This document shows positions 1 through 8,369 of a stretch of 64,000 nt of DNA, in pieces; within the stretch, counting starts at the first letter, position 1; the number at the start of each line of letters is the position of its first letter. The notes under the pieces are model-generated. The model saw nothing but the letters and a program-made list of their open reading frames with translations. It was not told the origin of the DNA and searched no databases. The stretch lies in NCBI GenBank assembly GCA_036229005.1, contig JAZAMN010000070.1:1-64000 (forward strand), read 5' to 3'. The translations under genes and the position numbers were made by a program. This stretch comes from Myxococcota bacterium. GTDB taxonomy: Bacteria; Myxococcota_A; UBA796; CAJQPC01.

Positions 1-2
1 GA

Positions 3-137
3 CGCCACCGGGTCCTCTCGCTGGCCCGCCTGGCAAGGGAGGTCCTGGCAACACCCATGAGACGCTATTTCGGGGCGGCCTCCCTACGTCGTGAGGCCTA
101 CAGGCTGAGGGCTGCAGTGGTTTGTGGGGATTGGTAA
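3..137 (+). mobile_element. C-terminus of an IS4-family (IS10-group) transposase, truncated by the window start
   Basis: Frame 3 reads RHRVLSLARLAREVL...VCGDW*, resembling the R.VLS..RLG.EVL C-terminal motif of IS10-type transposases. It runs straight into an IS10-like terminal repeat. Confidence 0.7.
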
Positions 138-138
138 G
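121..138 (-). mobile_element. Right terminal inverted repeat of the IS10-like element
   Basis: Reverse complement is CTTACCAATCCCCACAAA, similar to IS10 ends (CTGATGAATCCCC). It is followed by GGCAAAGCC (139-147), one mismatch from the IS10 target consensus NGCTNAGCN. Confidence 0.7.
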
Positions 139-497
139 GGCAAAGCCCCCCAACGCCAGCCTCCGCGGCTGGCTCCCCCCAAGAGACGTTGGGTGGGGCC
201 CATGGGGCCCCACGCATTTTTTCGGGGGGTACCCCCGAAGCCAGCCGCAGGCTGGCACCCTCGGTCGTCACTTGATTCTTCTGGAGGGCAAAGCCCCCCA
301 ACGCCAGCCTCCGCGGCTGGCTCCCCCCAAAGGGGATCTGGGTAGGCGGGCACCCCACCGCATGCTTTCGGGGGGTACCCCCGAAGCCAGCCGCAGGCTG
401 GCACCCCCAGTCGTCACTTGATTCTTCTGGGGGGCAAGGCCGGCAAGGCCCCCCAACGCCAGCCCCCGCGGCTACCGCCCAAAGGGGATCTGGGTAG
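139..497. repeat. REP/BIME-like tandem array with a ~147-bp unit (two full copies and one partial)
   Basis: Units start at 139, 287 and ~433/442. The full units carry hairpins GCCAGCC-TCCGC-GGCTGGC, TTCGGGGGGTACCCCCGAA and GCCAGCC-GCA-GGCTGGC plus GTCGTCACTTGATTCTTCTGG. Confidence 0.85.
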
Positions 498-568
498 GGG
501 AGCCGCGGGCCCCCGGGCCCCCCACCGGCCCAGCCACTGCCGCATGCCCCCGGAGCAGCGTGAAGACC

Positions 569-596
569 GAGACCTGAGACCCGAGACCTGAGACCT
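569..596. repeat. Heptanucleotide tandem repeat (GAGACCY)x4
   Basis: gagacct gagaccc gagacct gagacct. Confidence 0.85.
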
Positions 597-645
597 CGCC
601 AACCGAAAACCCGCGCTTGAGCCAAGGTCGACCGCCATCCCCAGC

Positions 646-902
646 GGCTACGCCCTCCCAATGAGCGCCGACCCCCGGCCACGCCCCCCCAATGAGCGCT
701 CCGCTGAGGCTACGCCCCACCGGTGAGCGCTCCCGCGACCGAATCCACCAGATCTCGGCCCCAGGACCCCCTCAATGGCCGCAAAATCACCCCCAAACAA
801 CCAAAACGGTCCACTCTCCGCTCACTGGTCAGGCGTAGCCTCAGAAGACCGCTCACTCACACCCGCTGGCCTCACCAGGCCGCTCACTGAGCACGCGTAG
901 CC
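646..902. repeat. Symmetric element: three copies of GGCTACGC-N8-TGAGCG on + and three on -, each set with a 31-bp period
   Basis: + copies start at 646, 677, 708. Inverted copies start at 819, 850, 881 (middle copies degenerate). GACCG lies 7 nt inside each arm (737-741 and 807-811). Confidence 0.85.
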
Positions 903-914
903 GCCAAGACCCAG

Positions 915-1448
915 ATGCAAGACTCCCAGGCCAGAGCCCCAATGCCCGAGACCCTCCTCGAACACAGTTGGCTGGACCTCATCGAGCGCCCGACGCTCTG
1001 GCGCGAGGCCGTGGTTCCCCGGCTCTCCCCAAGACCCGGGCTGTGGAAGTGCGCGCCCTTCAACGCGGACACCGTCCACCAGCATGTGCGCTTCCAGTGC
1101 GTCGACAGCCGCGCGGTCGCCGCGATCGTGCCCTCGCCCCGGGCCTTCCAGGCGCACTTCGGGCGCGGTCCCGTTGCATGCTTTGACAGCCTGGGCGGGG
1201 ACGCTCGCCTGGTCGCTCCGGCCCCGCCAGGCCCCTACGCTCAGCTCTGGTCTTTCCTCGCTGGCGCGCCAGAGTCAACGATCCAGGCGCTCTTTGAGGC
1301 CGTCTCCCAAGAGGTGGGCCGCTGGGTGAGGCGCACCGACAAGCCCCTCTGGCTCAACACCCACGGACTGGGGGTCCCCTGGCTGCACGTGCGGCTGGAC
1401 TCGCGGCCCAAGTACTACGCGCCCGGCCCCTACAGGCAGTGGCCCTGA
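915..1448 (+). CDS. DUF6940-like conserved hypothetical protein (start 915 or 942)
   Basis: C-terminal PLWLNTHGLGVPWLHVRLDSRPKYY and SLGGDARLVAP motifs. Confidence 0.7.
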   Translation: MQDSQARAPMPETLLEHSWLDLIERPTLWREAVVPRLSPRPGLWKCAPFNADTVHQHVRFQCVDSRAVAAIVPSPRAFQAHFGRGPVACFDSLGGDARLVAPAPPGPYAQLWSFLAGAPESTIQALFEAVSQEVGRWVRRTDKPLWLNTHGLGVPWLHVRLDSRPKYYAPGPYRQWP

Positions 1449-1452
1449 GCCC

Positions 1453-2799
1453 TCAGCCCAGCACGACCTTCACGAGCGTGCGACCAGGGGCGCTCTCCAG
1501 TTCCACATCGCCGCCGTGGGCCAAGGCGATGGTCTGGACCAGCGCGAGCCCAAGGCCCGTGCCGCCCTGGTCGCGCCGGGTGGTGAAGAAGCGCTCGAAG
1601 GCCCGCGCCTGGTTGGCGGCGGAGATGCCGGGGCCGGCGTCCTCCACCCCGAACCACCCGGGCCCCGCCACGATGGAGATGGGCGCCGCGCCGTGCTCCT
1701 GGGCGTTGTGCACCAGGTTCTCCAGCGCGGCCTCGAGCTGCGCCTGAGAGCCCTGGACGGTGCCCGCGGAGCCTTGTACCGACAACCCATGCCGCGCGCC
1801 GACCCGCTCCAAAAGGGCGTCCAGGTCCACCGGCGCCCGCTCCATGCGCTCCTCGGCCCGCGCCAGGCGCAGCAGGCCGGTGACCAGGCGGTCCAGGCGC
1901 AGCAGCTCGGCCTGGGCGTTGTCCAGAAAGCGCGTTCGCTGCTCGGCGGGCATGTCCGGGTCGTCGGCCAGCAGCTCGACCGTGCCCCGCAGGGTGGCCA
2001 GGGGAGTCTTGAACTCGTGGCTGACGTGACCGGCGAACTCGCCGATGTAGGCCAGGCGGTCCTCCAGGCGGGTGCTCAAGCGCTCCATGGCCTGTGAGAG
2101 GCGGGCGACCTCCTCGACCCGGGAGTCGGTGGACAGGGCCTGCGCGGCCTCGAAGTCGCCCTCCGCCAGGTGGGTGGCGGTCTTGGTGAGCTCCCCCAGG
2201 CTCTGGCTGGCCAGGCGGGCGGCGAAGATCGCCACGACGCTGCTCGCCAAGACGGCAAAGAGCAGGGACCACGCCAGCTTTGGTCTCATGTGGTAGAGCG
2301 CCTGGAGGGCGCCGCGGGGGCTGCGCTGGAGCAGCAGGACGCCCTGGAGCTCGCCCGCGCTGAACAGGGGGATGGCCTGAAAGACCTCCTCGTCCGCGCG
2401 ATAGGGGCCGCGGCCCGCGTCGCTGGGACGCACCGTCGTTCCGTGGGAGCCCGCGAGCGCGCGCTGGACCTCGGGGAGCGCCGAGAGGTCCTCGCCGGTT
2501 GGGCCCGTGCTGGCCAGGCGCACGACACCCTGGGGGTCCAGGAGGCGAACCCGGGAGCGCGTCCGCTTGGCTGCCTCTTCCAGCCGGACCTGCAGCTCAG
2601 GACTGCTCAGGGTGTGTCCGGCTTCGAGCTCGCTGCCCACCCACAGCGCCAGGACCTCGCCCTGGGCGATGAGCTCGCCCTTGGTCTGCATGCGCAGGTC
2701 CCAGGCCAGCAGACCGGTGCCCAGCAGCGCGACGATGGCGAGCACCAGGGTCAAGCCGTGGCTGAGCAGCAGCCAGGAGCGGAGGGAGCGCACCTTCAT
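1453..2799 (-). CDS. Membrane sensor histidine kinase (HAMP-HisKA-HATPase), CreC-like
   Basis: Two TM segments, H-box SHEFKTPL, N-box ENLVHNA, DAGPG, GGTGLGL. Confidence 0.93.
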   Translation of the reverse strand: MKVRSLRSWLLLSHGLTLVLAIVALLGTGLLAWDLRMQTKGELIAQGEVLALWVGSELEAGHTLSSPELQVRLEEAAKRTRSRVRLLDPQGVVRLASTGPTGEDLSALPEVQRALAGSHGTTVRPSDAGRGPYRADEEVFQAIPLFSAGELQGVLLLQRSPRGALQALYHMRPKLAWSLLFAVLASSVVAIFAARLASQSLGELTKTATHLAEGDFEAAQALSTDSRVEEVARLSQAMERLSTRLEDRLAYIGEFAGHVSHEFKTPLATLRGTVELLADDPDMPAEQRTRFLDNAQAELLRLDRLVTGLLRLARAEERMERAPVDLDALLERVGARHGLSVQGSAGTVQGSQAQLEAALENLVHNAQEHGAAPISIVAGPGWFGVEDAGPGISAANQARAFERFFTTRRDQGGTGLGLALVQTIALAHGGDVELESAPGRTLVKVVLG

Positions 2800-2802
2800 C
2801 GG

Positions 2803-3504
2803 TCAGCCCAGCGCGGGCTCCTGACGCAGGCGGTAGCCCAGGCCGTGGACGGTCTCGATCAGCGCGGGGGCGTCGGCCTCGCGGAGCTTGGCCCGGATGC
2901 GGCGCACGTGGGAGTCCAGCGTGCGATCGGAGACGTGGTGGTTGCCGGGGTAGGCGCGGTGCACCAGCTCGGCGCGGGGGAAGGCGTGGCCGGGGGTCTG
3001 GAGCAGCACCTGGAGCAGGCGGAACTCGGTGAGCGTCAGGGGCAGCTCCACGGGGCCGAACCAGGCGCGGTGCTGGCCGGTGTGCATGCGCAGGGCGCCG
3101 TGGGAGATCTCCTGGTTGGGGGCTTCGCTGACGGAGGGCGGGCGGGTGCGCCGCAGCACCGCCTTGACGCGGGAGGCCAGCTCGCGGGGGGAGAAGGGCT
3201 TGGCCATGTAGTCGTCGCCGCCGAGCTCCAGGCCCAGGACCTTGTCCAGCTCCTCGTCCTTGCTGGAGAGGAAGAGGATGGGCACCCGCGAGTCCTGACG
3301 GATGCGCCGGCACAGCTCCAGCCCGTCCATCTCGGGCATGAGCACGTCGAGCACGATCAGGTCGGGGGTCAGGTTCTGCAGCATCTCCCAGGCCTGGGCG
3401 CCGTCGCCGGCCTCGTGGACGCCGTAGCCTTCGCGCGCCAGGGTGTAGCGGACGACTTCGCGCAGCTTGGGGTCATCGTCGACGACAAGGATCTCAGCGC
3501 TCAC
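2803..3504 (-). CDS. OmpR-family response regulator, cognate to the adjacent kinase
   Basis: ILVVDDD, LDVLMP, KPFSPREL, winged helix ending IETVHGLGYRL. Confidence 0.95.
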   Translation of the reverse strand: MSAEILVVDDDPKLREVVRYTLAREGYGVHEAGDGAQAWEMLQNLTPDLIVLDVLMPEMDGLELCRRIRQDSRVPILFLSSKDEELDKVLGLELGGDDYMAKPFSPRELASRVKAVLRRTRPPSVSEAPNQEISHGALRMHTGQHRAWFGPVELPLTLTEFRLLQVLLQTPGHAFPRAELVHRAYPGNHHVSDRTLDSHVRRIRAKLREADAPALIETVHGLGYRLRQEPALG

Positions 3505-3600
3505 GATCTGCCCTCCGTTGACGGTCTGTCTGCAAGGTAGCGCGCCCCCGCGCCCGGCGGCCTGTGGATCCGGTGCAAGGCAGGTGCAGGATCGCCGAAG

Positions 3601-3606
3601 TACTCT
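3601..3606 (+). promoter_or_regulatory. Putative -10 box for a leaderless transcript
   Basis: TACTCT lies 6 nt before ATG 3613, with no Shine-Dalgarno sequence. Confidence 0.45.
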
Positions 3607-3612
3607 GCCCCC

Positions 3613-4608
3613 ATGTGGATCCTCGCCCTGCTCGGCTGCCCCAAGCCCGTCGAGCCCCCCGCCGCCCCCCAGCCCATCGTGCGCGTCGTCTCCGGTCCCT
3701 GGGATGGAGCGCAGGCCCTGGCCCTCTACGCGACGGGGCCCACCGACTCACAGGGGCGCCTGATGGGACCCGCCATCCTGCAGGCCGCGTTCATCGCCGA
3801 GGACACCCTCTGGTTCACCACCTCCCTGAATACGGGCCGCGGCTGGAAGGTCCCCATCGGCCTGTCCGAGGGCGTCAGCACCGGCCAGCGCGCCCAGGGG
3901 CGGCCCGAGATCCTCAACGCCATGGGGGACATCCGCGTGCTCGCTCTGGTGGACGGCGCGCCCACCCTGCTGGACCGCCACGTCGAGTCCTGGACCCGAC
4001 AGCCCCTGGAGCCCGACGCGCAGGCGCAGGCGATGGATGGGCTGGTCTGGGACGGCGCGACGGTCGTGGCCTGGGTGGACCCCCGCGGGCCCAGCCTCAA
4101 GCTCTGGTGGGACGGCCAGGTGGAGACGCTGCGCACCGACCCCGCGCTGAACACCTGCGCGCGCCCCGCCCTCGGCGTGGTCGACGGCCTGCTGCAGGTC
4201 GCCTTCTGGCAAGGGGACAGCCTGCACCGGCTGGGGTTGGACCTGGACATGCAGTGGCAGGAGCTGGAGACGCTCAGCAGTACCTCGCCGGGCTGCGATG
4301 GTGCCCTGTTTGTGGGGGAGTCCCTGGTGTTCAGCGGTGGGGGCGGGATCCAGGGAGAGGGAGGATCTGCGCTGCCCCTGGACCCGGACTTCCCAACGCC
4401 CGGACAGCTTCGGCCCCTGGACGTCCTGATGCTCTCGTCCGCCAGCGAGGAGAGGGTCATCGTCTCCGGGCAGTCCCTGCTCACCGTGCCGACCGGCGAG
4501 CTGGAGATCTGGGACCCGGCGCAGGTGGGCGGGGAGACCTGGGTTCCCTTCACGACGGCGGCGGGCCTGAGCGTGGCGGCCTACACGCCTCCTGAGACGC
4601 CGCTCTGA
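3613..4608 (+). CDS. Hypothetical lipoprotein
   Basis: MWILALLG-C lipobox, Pro-rich tether, GC3-rich codon usage. Confidence 0.75.
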   Translation: MWILALLGCPKPVEPPAAPQPIVRVVSGPWDGAQALALYATGPTDSQGRLMGPAILQAAFIAEDTLWFTTSLNTGRGWKVPIGLSEGVSTGQRAQGRPEILNAMGDIRVLALVDGAPTLLDRHVESWTRQPLEPDAQAQAMDGLVWDGATVVAWVDPRGPSLKLWWDGQVETLRTDPALNTCARPALGVVDGLLQVAFWQGDSLHRLGLDLDMQWQELETLSSTSPGCDGALFVGESLVFSGGGGIQGEGGSALPLDPDFPTPGQLRPLDVLMLSSASEERVIVSGQSLLTVPTGELEIWDPAQVGGETWVPFTTAAGLSVAAYTPPETPL

Positions 4609-4626
4609 GCGACTGGGCGGGGGGCG

Positions 4627-4655
4627 TTGACATCGGGCGCGGCAGCGGACACCCT
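4627..4655 (+). promoter_or_regulatory. Putative sigma-70 promoter for the GNAT gene
   Basis: TTGACA-17 nt-CACCCT, followed by a GGAGG RBS. Confidence 0.45.
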
Positions 4656-4681
4656 CTGAGACCCCTTTGGAGGTCCCTGTG

Positions 4682-5200
4682 ATGCACTCCCTGCGGGGCC
4701 CGCGCTCCGCCGACGGGCACCAGTACCGGATCCGCGTCGTGCGCGCGGAGCACCACCCCCAGCAGATCAAGCAGCTGCTGGAGATCGACCTGATGACCTT
4801 CTCCGTGCCCACCTTCTCGCGGTACACGGCGGGGCTGATGCTGCGGCACGGCCGCACCTTCCTGATGCTCGCGGACGAGCAGGTCATCGGCACCTGCGGG
4901 GTGGTGCGCAGCTTCGATCGGCCCTCGGAGGCGGTGATCTTCTCCCACGCGATCCGGCCGGGCTGGCGCGGGCGCGGGCTGGGGACGCGCTTCCTCAAGG
5001 AGGTGTTGATGCACCTGCGGGAGGACGGCATGCGCTCGGCGATCATCGACGTGGAGCCGGACAACGCCCAGGCCATCCGCATCTACGAAGACCGCTTCGG
5101 CTTCGAGCAGGTCGGGGTCGAGGTCGGGCTCTTCGGCGTCGGCGAGGACCGCATGATCCTGCGCCGCATCTTCCAGCCGGCGGAGCGCTCACAGAGCTGA
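4682..5200 (+). CDS. GNAT acetyltransferase (RimI-like)
   Basis: Motif A IRPGWRGRGLG and motif B VEPDNAQAIRIY..FGF. Confidence 0.88.
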   Translation: MHSLRGPRSADGHQYRIRVVRAEHHPQQIKQLLEIDLMTFSVPTFSRYTAGLMLRHGRTFLMLADEQVIGTCGVVRSFDRPSEAVIFSHAIRPGWRGRGLGTRFLKEVLMHLREDGMRSAIIDVEPDNAQAIRIYEDRFGFEQVGVEVGLFGVGEDRMILRRIFQPAERSQS

Positions 5201-5211
5201 GTCGGGCGCGC

Positions 5212-5676
5212 TCAGGGGTGGGCGCAGGCGCGCTCCAGGGTCTGTCGGATCTCCTGGGGGCTGGCGCTGTCGCTGAGGTAGGCCAGGGGGGCGTAGGCCT
5301 TCTCCATGTGCTTCCAGCGGCGGGGCTCGCCGTCGAAGTCGTAGCTCCAGACCACGGCGGTTCGGTGCCCGGCGGCGCGCACAGCGGCCAGGATGTAGGC
5401 GCCCTGGTTGTTCTCCAGGAAGCGGCGGGCCTGGTCGCGGTCTCCGGAGAAGCGCTCGGTGGCCTCGTCCAGATCGCCCAGCAGGCGCTCGGGGGCGGCG
5501 CGGTCAAAGCGCATGTCCAGGAAGATCGCGCAGAATGCGCGCTGGGAGAGCAGCGCCAGGGCCTCGGGGCCGTCGCCGGCGCGGGTGAACGCGAAGTGCT
5601 CGGAGAGGAAGCGGCCCAGGGACTCGCTGTACTCGTGGCCGTCCTCGATGACCAGCACGTGGGGACGCTCGCTCAT
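5212..5676 (-). CDS. Stand-alone atypical receiver-domain protein
   Basis: VLVIED...FLDMRFD with phospho-acceptor Asp, an insertion after beta3, and no obvious conserved Lys. Confidence 0.8.
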   Translation of the reverse strand: MSERPHVLVIEDGHEYSESLGRFLSEHFAFTRAGDGPEALALLSQRAFCAIFLDMRFDRAAPERLLGDLDEATERFSGDRDQARRFLENNQGAYILAAVRAAGHRTAVVWSYDFDGEPRRWKHMEKAYAPLAYLSDSASPQEIRQTLERACAHP

Positions 5677-8369
5677 GACTCCTCCTCTACCCAGACGGTC
5701 TCGGCCGGGAGCTCGGCGCGGGGCAGGCGCACGACGATGGCCTTGCTGTAATCGGCTTGCGCTTCCACCCGGATCTGGCCGCTGTTGCGGCGCACCAGCT
5801 CGACCACCAGGCCCAGCCCTCGGGCGATGTAGCGGCCGCGGATCATCTCATCGCTCAGGGGCGAGACGGCGTTGTCCGCCACGCGCAGCACCACGCGCTC
5901 CAGGCCGGTGATGGGGTCGAACTCCTCCTCCACGAACAGCGCGACGGCGGCCTCGTCCTGGCGCTCGGCGACGGCGACCTGCGTGGCGTTGCGCAGCAGG
6001 TTGGTCACCAGGTCCTCCATCTCGCGGCGGAACACGCGCACGGCCAGCTCGCTGGACTCCAGCTCCAGGGTGAAGCGCGGCGTGGGGCCCTCGGTGATCG
6101 CCGGCTCCTGCAGCACGCGGGCCCAGCAGCCCTCCAGCAGGGGGCGGTCCAGGCGCAGCACGCAGACCTCGCGGATCAGGCGTCCCAGGGCCTGGTAGGC
6201 GTCCTGGTTCAGGGCGGTGGAGAGGGCCTCCAGGCGCTCACAGAGGCGGCGGCGGTCCGCGGGGATTCGGCCCGGGCTCAGGCGCTCGCCGACCTGCTCC
6301 AGCTCCTGGAAAGCGGCGATCATCGGGGCGAAGATGTGGTCCCGCACGCGCAGGTTCAGGCGCTCGTCGTAGCGGCGTCCCAGGGCCTCGAGCTCGGCCA
6401 CGTAGGACCAGAAGCGGGCAGTGATGCCCTCGCGCCCCCCGCGCCCCAGCAGGTGGTCGAAGGCCTCGAACACCGGCTCGTCCCGGCCGTCCTCCAGGGC
6501 CTCGGCGGCGGCGGGCAGGACGGTGGTGTTGTGCTTGAGCACCTCGTGTCGGATGGCGGCCAGGATCTCCGCGCTGTCCCGGTAGGCCTCGGGGTGGGCG
6601 TCCAGCAGCTCCCGCAGGGTCTTCCCGGAGCGCCGGCGCAGCAGCAGGGCGGTGGGCAGCGACACGAGCACCACGCCCCCGGCGACCAGGCCTCCGACCC
6701 GCAGCCGGTAGCGCCGCTCCAGCTCCTCGCGCAGCTCCAGGGCCTCGCTGTGTCGCCGCCCCGAGCTCGCCTGGGAGAAGTAGCGCTCCAGCAGCCGGCG
6801 CCCCTCCATCCAGTCCCCAGCGGCCACGGCCTGCGCTGCCAGCGCGAACCACGCGTCCTCGGCCCCCAGGTCGGCGGCCTGCCGGTAGCGCGCGGCGGCG
6901 CCCTGGACGTCCCCCTGCTCCTGGAGCGCGTCGCCCAAGGCCAGGACGATCTGCGGCTGATCCGGGCGCACCTGCAGGCTGCGCTCCCAGGTCTCCCGGG
7001 CCGCCTGGGGCTCCATCTCCCGGAGCTGCAGGTGGGCCAGCAGGTTCAAGGCGTCCACGTAGTCGGGGGCCAGCTCCAGGGCCTGCTCGACCTCCGTGCG
7101 GGCCGCGCTGTCGTCGTCGCGGTCCTCAAGGTAGACCTTGGCGCGCTTGAACGCCTCCCAGGCCGCCTCCGGGATCCCGGCGGGGGGCCGCGCGATGAGC
7201 TGCTCGAGCTGGGGTGGGGGAGGGCGCTGCCGGGTGAGGTCGGCCACGCACCGCTCCGCTGCTGCCTGGTCCACCCCCTGCGCATCCACCTCCAGGTACC
7301 TCTGACAGGACTGCAGGGCCCCAGCGAAGTCACCCTGCTGTCGACGCAGCTCCGCCAGATCCATGTGGAGCTGGGCCCAGCTCGGCCGCAGGGTCAGGGC
7401 CCGCTCCAGCTCGCTCTCGGCCTCCGCGTGGCGGCGCCCGCCGTAGCCCTTGGCCAGCAGGCGGCCGTAGCGCACATGCCAGGTGGCCTCTTCCGGCTCC
7501 AGGGCGATGGCGGTGAGCCACGCGGTCTCCGCCGCCGCAAGCTCTCCCCGATTCAAGGCCAGGTCACCGGCGCTGCCCCATGCATCCGGGGATCGCGGCG
7601 CCTGCTCCAGCAGGGCCTGCAGCTCGGCGTCCGCGCGGTCCAGGCGCCCGTCCGCCATCAGCGAGCGCACGCGCTCCAGGGCCTGCTTCTGGCTGGGGTC
7701 CAGCGCCTCGCCGCCGCCCACCGCCAGCACGCTCGCGGAGTCCTCCACGGCCATCCGGTCCAGCCGGGCTCGGGCCTGCTCCTGCAGCGCGCTGCCCTCG
7801 GGCGCCAGGATGGCAGCGCGCTGCAGCAGCTCCCGGGCCTGCTCACGCTGCTCCGGCTCCGCGCTGGCCGCGAGCTGGATCATCAGGGTCGCCGCGCCCT
7901 CGGGGTCCTCGTCTGCGCCCTCCAGCTCAAGGAAGCGCTCCAGGGCCGCCAGGGAATCGGTGGGCTGTTCCGCTTTCAGCGCCGCCCTCCCCTCGTCCAG
8001 ATAGAAGCGCCGCTCCCCCAGACGCAGGGACTGGAGCTGCACGTACAGCGCCATGGCCTCGCGGGGGCGCTCGTCCTCGATCAGCTCGGCCAGGGCCTCC
8101 ATCGCGTCGGCGTGCATGCCCAGCTCGCGGTAGAGCGCCTCGGCCTCCCGGGCGTAGCCCTGCTCGGCGCGCGCGTGGGCCAGCCCCAGGGTCGCGCGAT
8201 CGAACTCGGGGTCCCGCTCGTGCACCAGCTTCCAGGTGGCCGCGGCCTTGTTGAAGCGCCCGCTGGCCTCGTGGGAGAGGGCCTCGTCGCAGAGCCGCTG
8301 GGCCACCGGGTCCAGCGCGGCGCACTCCAGGGACTGGGCCTGGGCCAGGGATGCCAGCAGCAGGAGCAT
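5673..8369 (-). CDS. Periplasmic TPR-repeat sensor with one TM and a divergent His-kinase module
   Basis: Signal MLLLLASLAQA, many TPR-like repeats, TM near residue 555-575, H-box-like IRHEVLKHN, N-box TNLLRNA, VADNA, RGLGL. Confidence 0.8.
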   Translation of the reverse strand: MLLLLASLAQAQSLECAALDPVAQRLCDEALSHEASGRFNKAAATWKLVHERDPEFDRATLGLAHARAEQGYAREAEALYRELGMHADAMEALAELIEDERPREAMALYVQLQSLRLGERRFYLDEGRAALKAEQPTDSLAALERFLELEGADEDPEGAATLMIQLAASAEPEQREQARELLQRAAILAPEGSALQEQARARLDRMAVEDSASVLAVGGGEALDPSQKQALERVRSLMADGRLDRADAELQALLEQAPRSPDAWGSAGDLALNRGELAAAETAWLTAIALEPEEATWHVRYGRLLAKGYGGRRHAEAESELERALTLRPSWAQLHMDLAELRRQQGDFAGALQSCQRYLEVDAQGVDQAAAERCVADLTRQRPPPPQLEQLIARPPAGIPEAAWEAFKRAKVYLEDRDDDSAARTEVEQALELAPDYVDALNLLAHLQLREMEPQAARETWERSLQVRPDQPQIVLALGDALQEQGDVQGAAARYRQAADLGAEDAWFALAAQAVAAGDWMEGRRLLERYFSQASSGRRHSEALELREELERRYRLRVGGLVAGGVVLVSLPTALLLRRRSGKTLRELLDAHPEAYRDSAEILAAIRHEVLKHNTTVLPAAAEALEDGRDEPVFEAFDHLLGRGGREGITARFWSYVAELEALGRRYDERLNLRVRDHIFAPMIAAFQELEQVGERLSPGRIPADRRRLCERLEALSTALNQDAYQALGRLIREVCVLRLDRPLLEGCWARVLQEPAITEGPTPRFTLELESSELAVRVFRREMEDLVTNLLRNATQVAVAERQDEAAVALFVEEEFDPITGLERVVLRVADNAVSPLSDEMIRGRYIARGLGLVVELVRRNSGQIRVEAQADYSKAIVVRLPRAELPAETVWVEEES

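Noticed and set aside
139..497. CRISPR array
   Set aside because: The units are ~147 bp and mostly conserved, there are no unique spacers, and no cas genes are in the window.
84..720. Several ORFs over the repeat region
   Set aside because: They are translations of the DNA repeats with no protein motifs.
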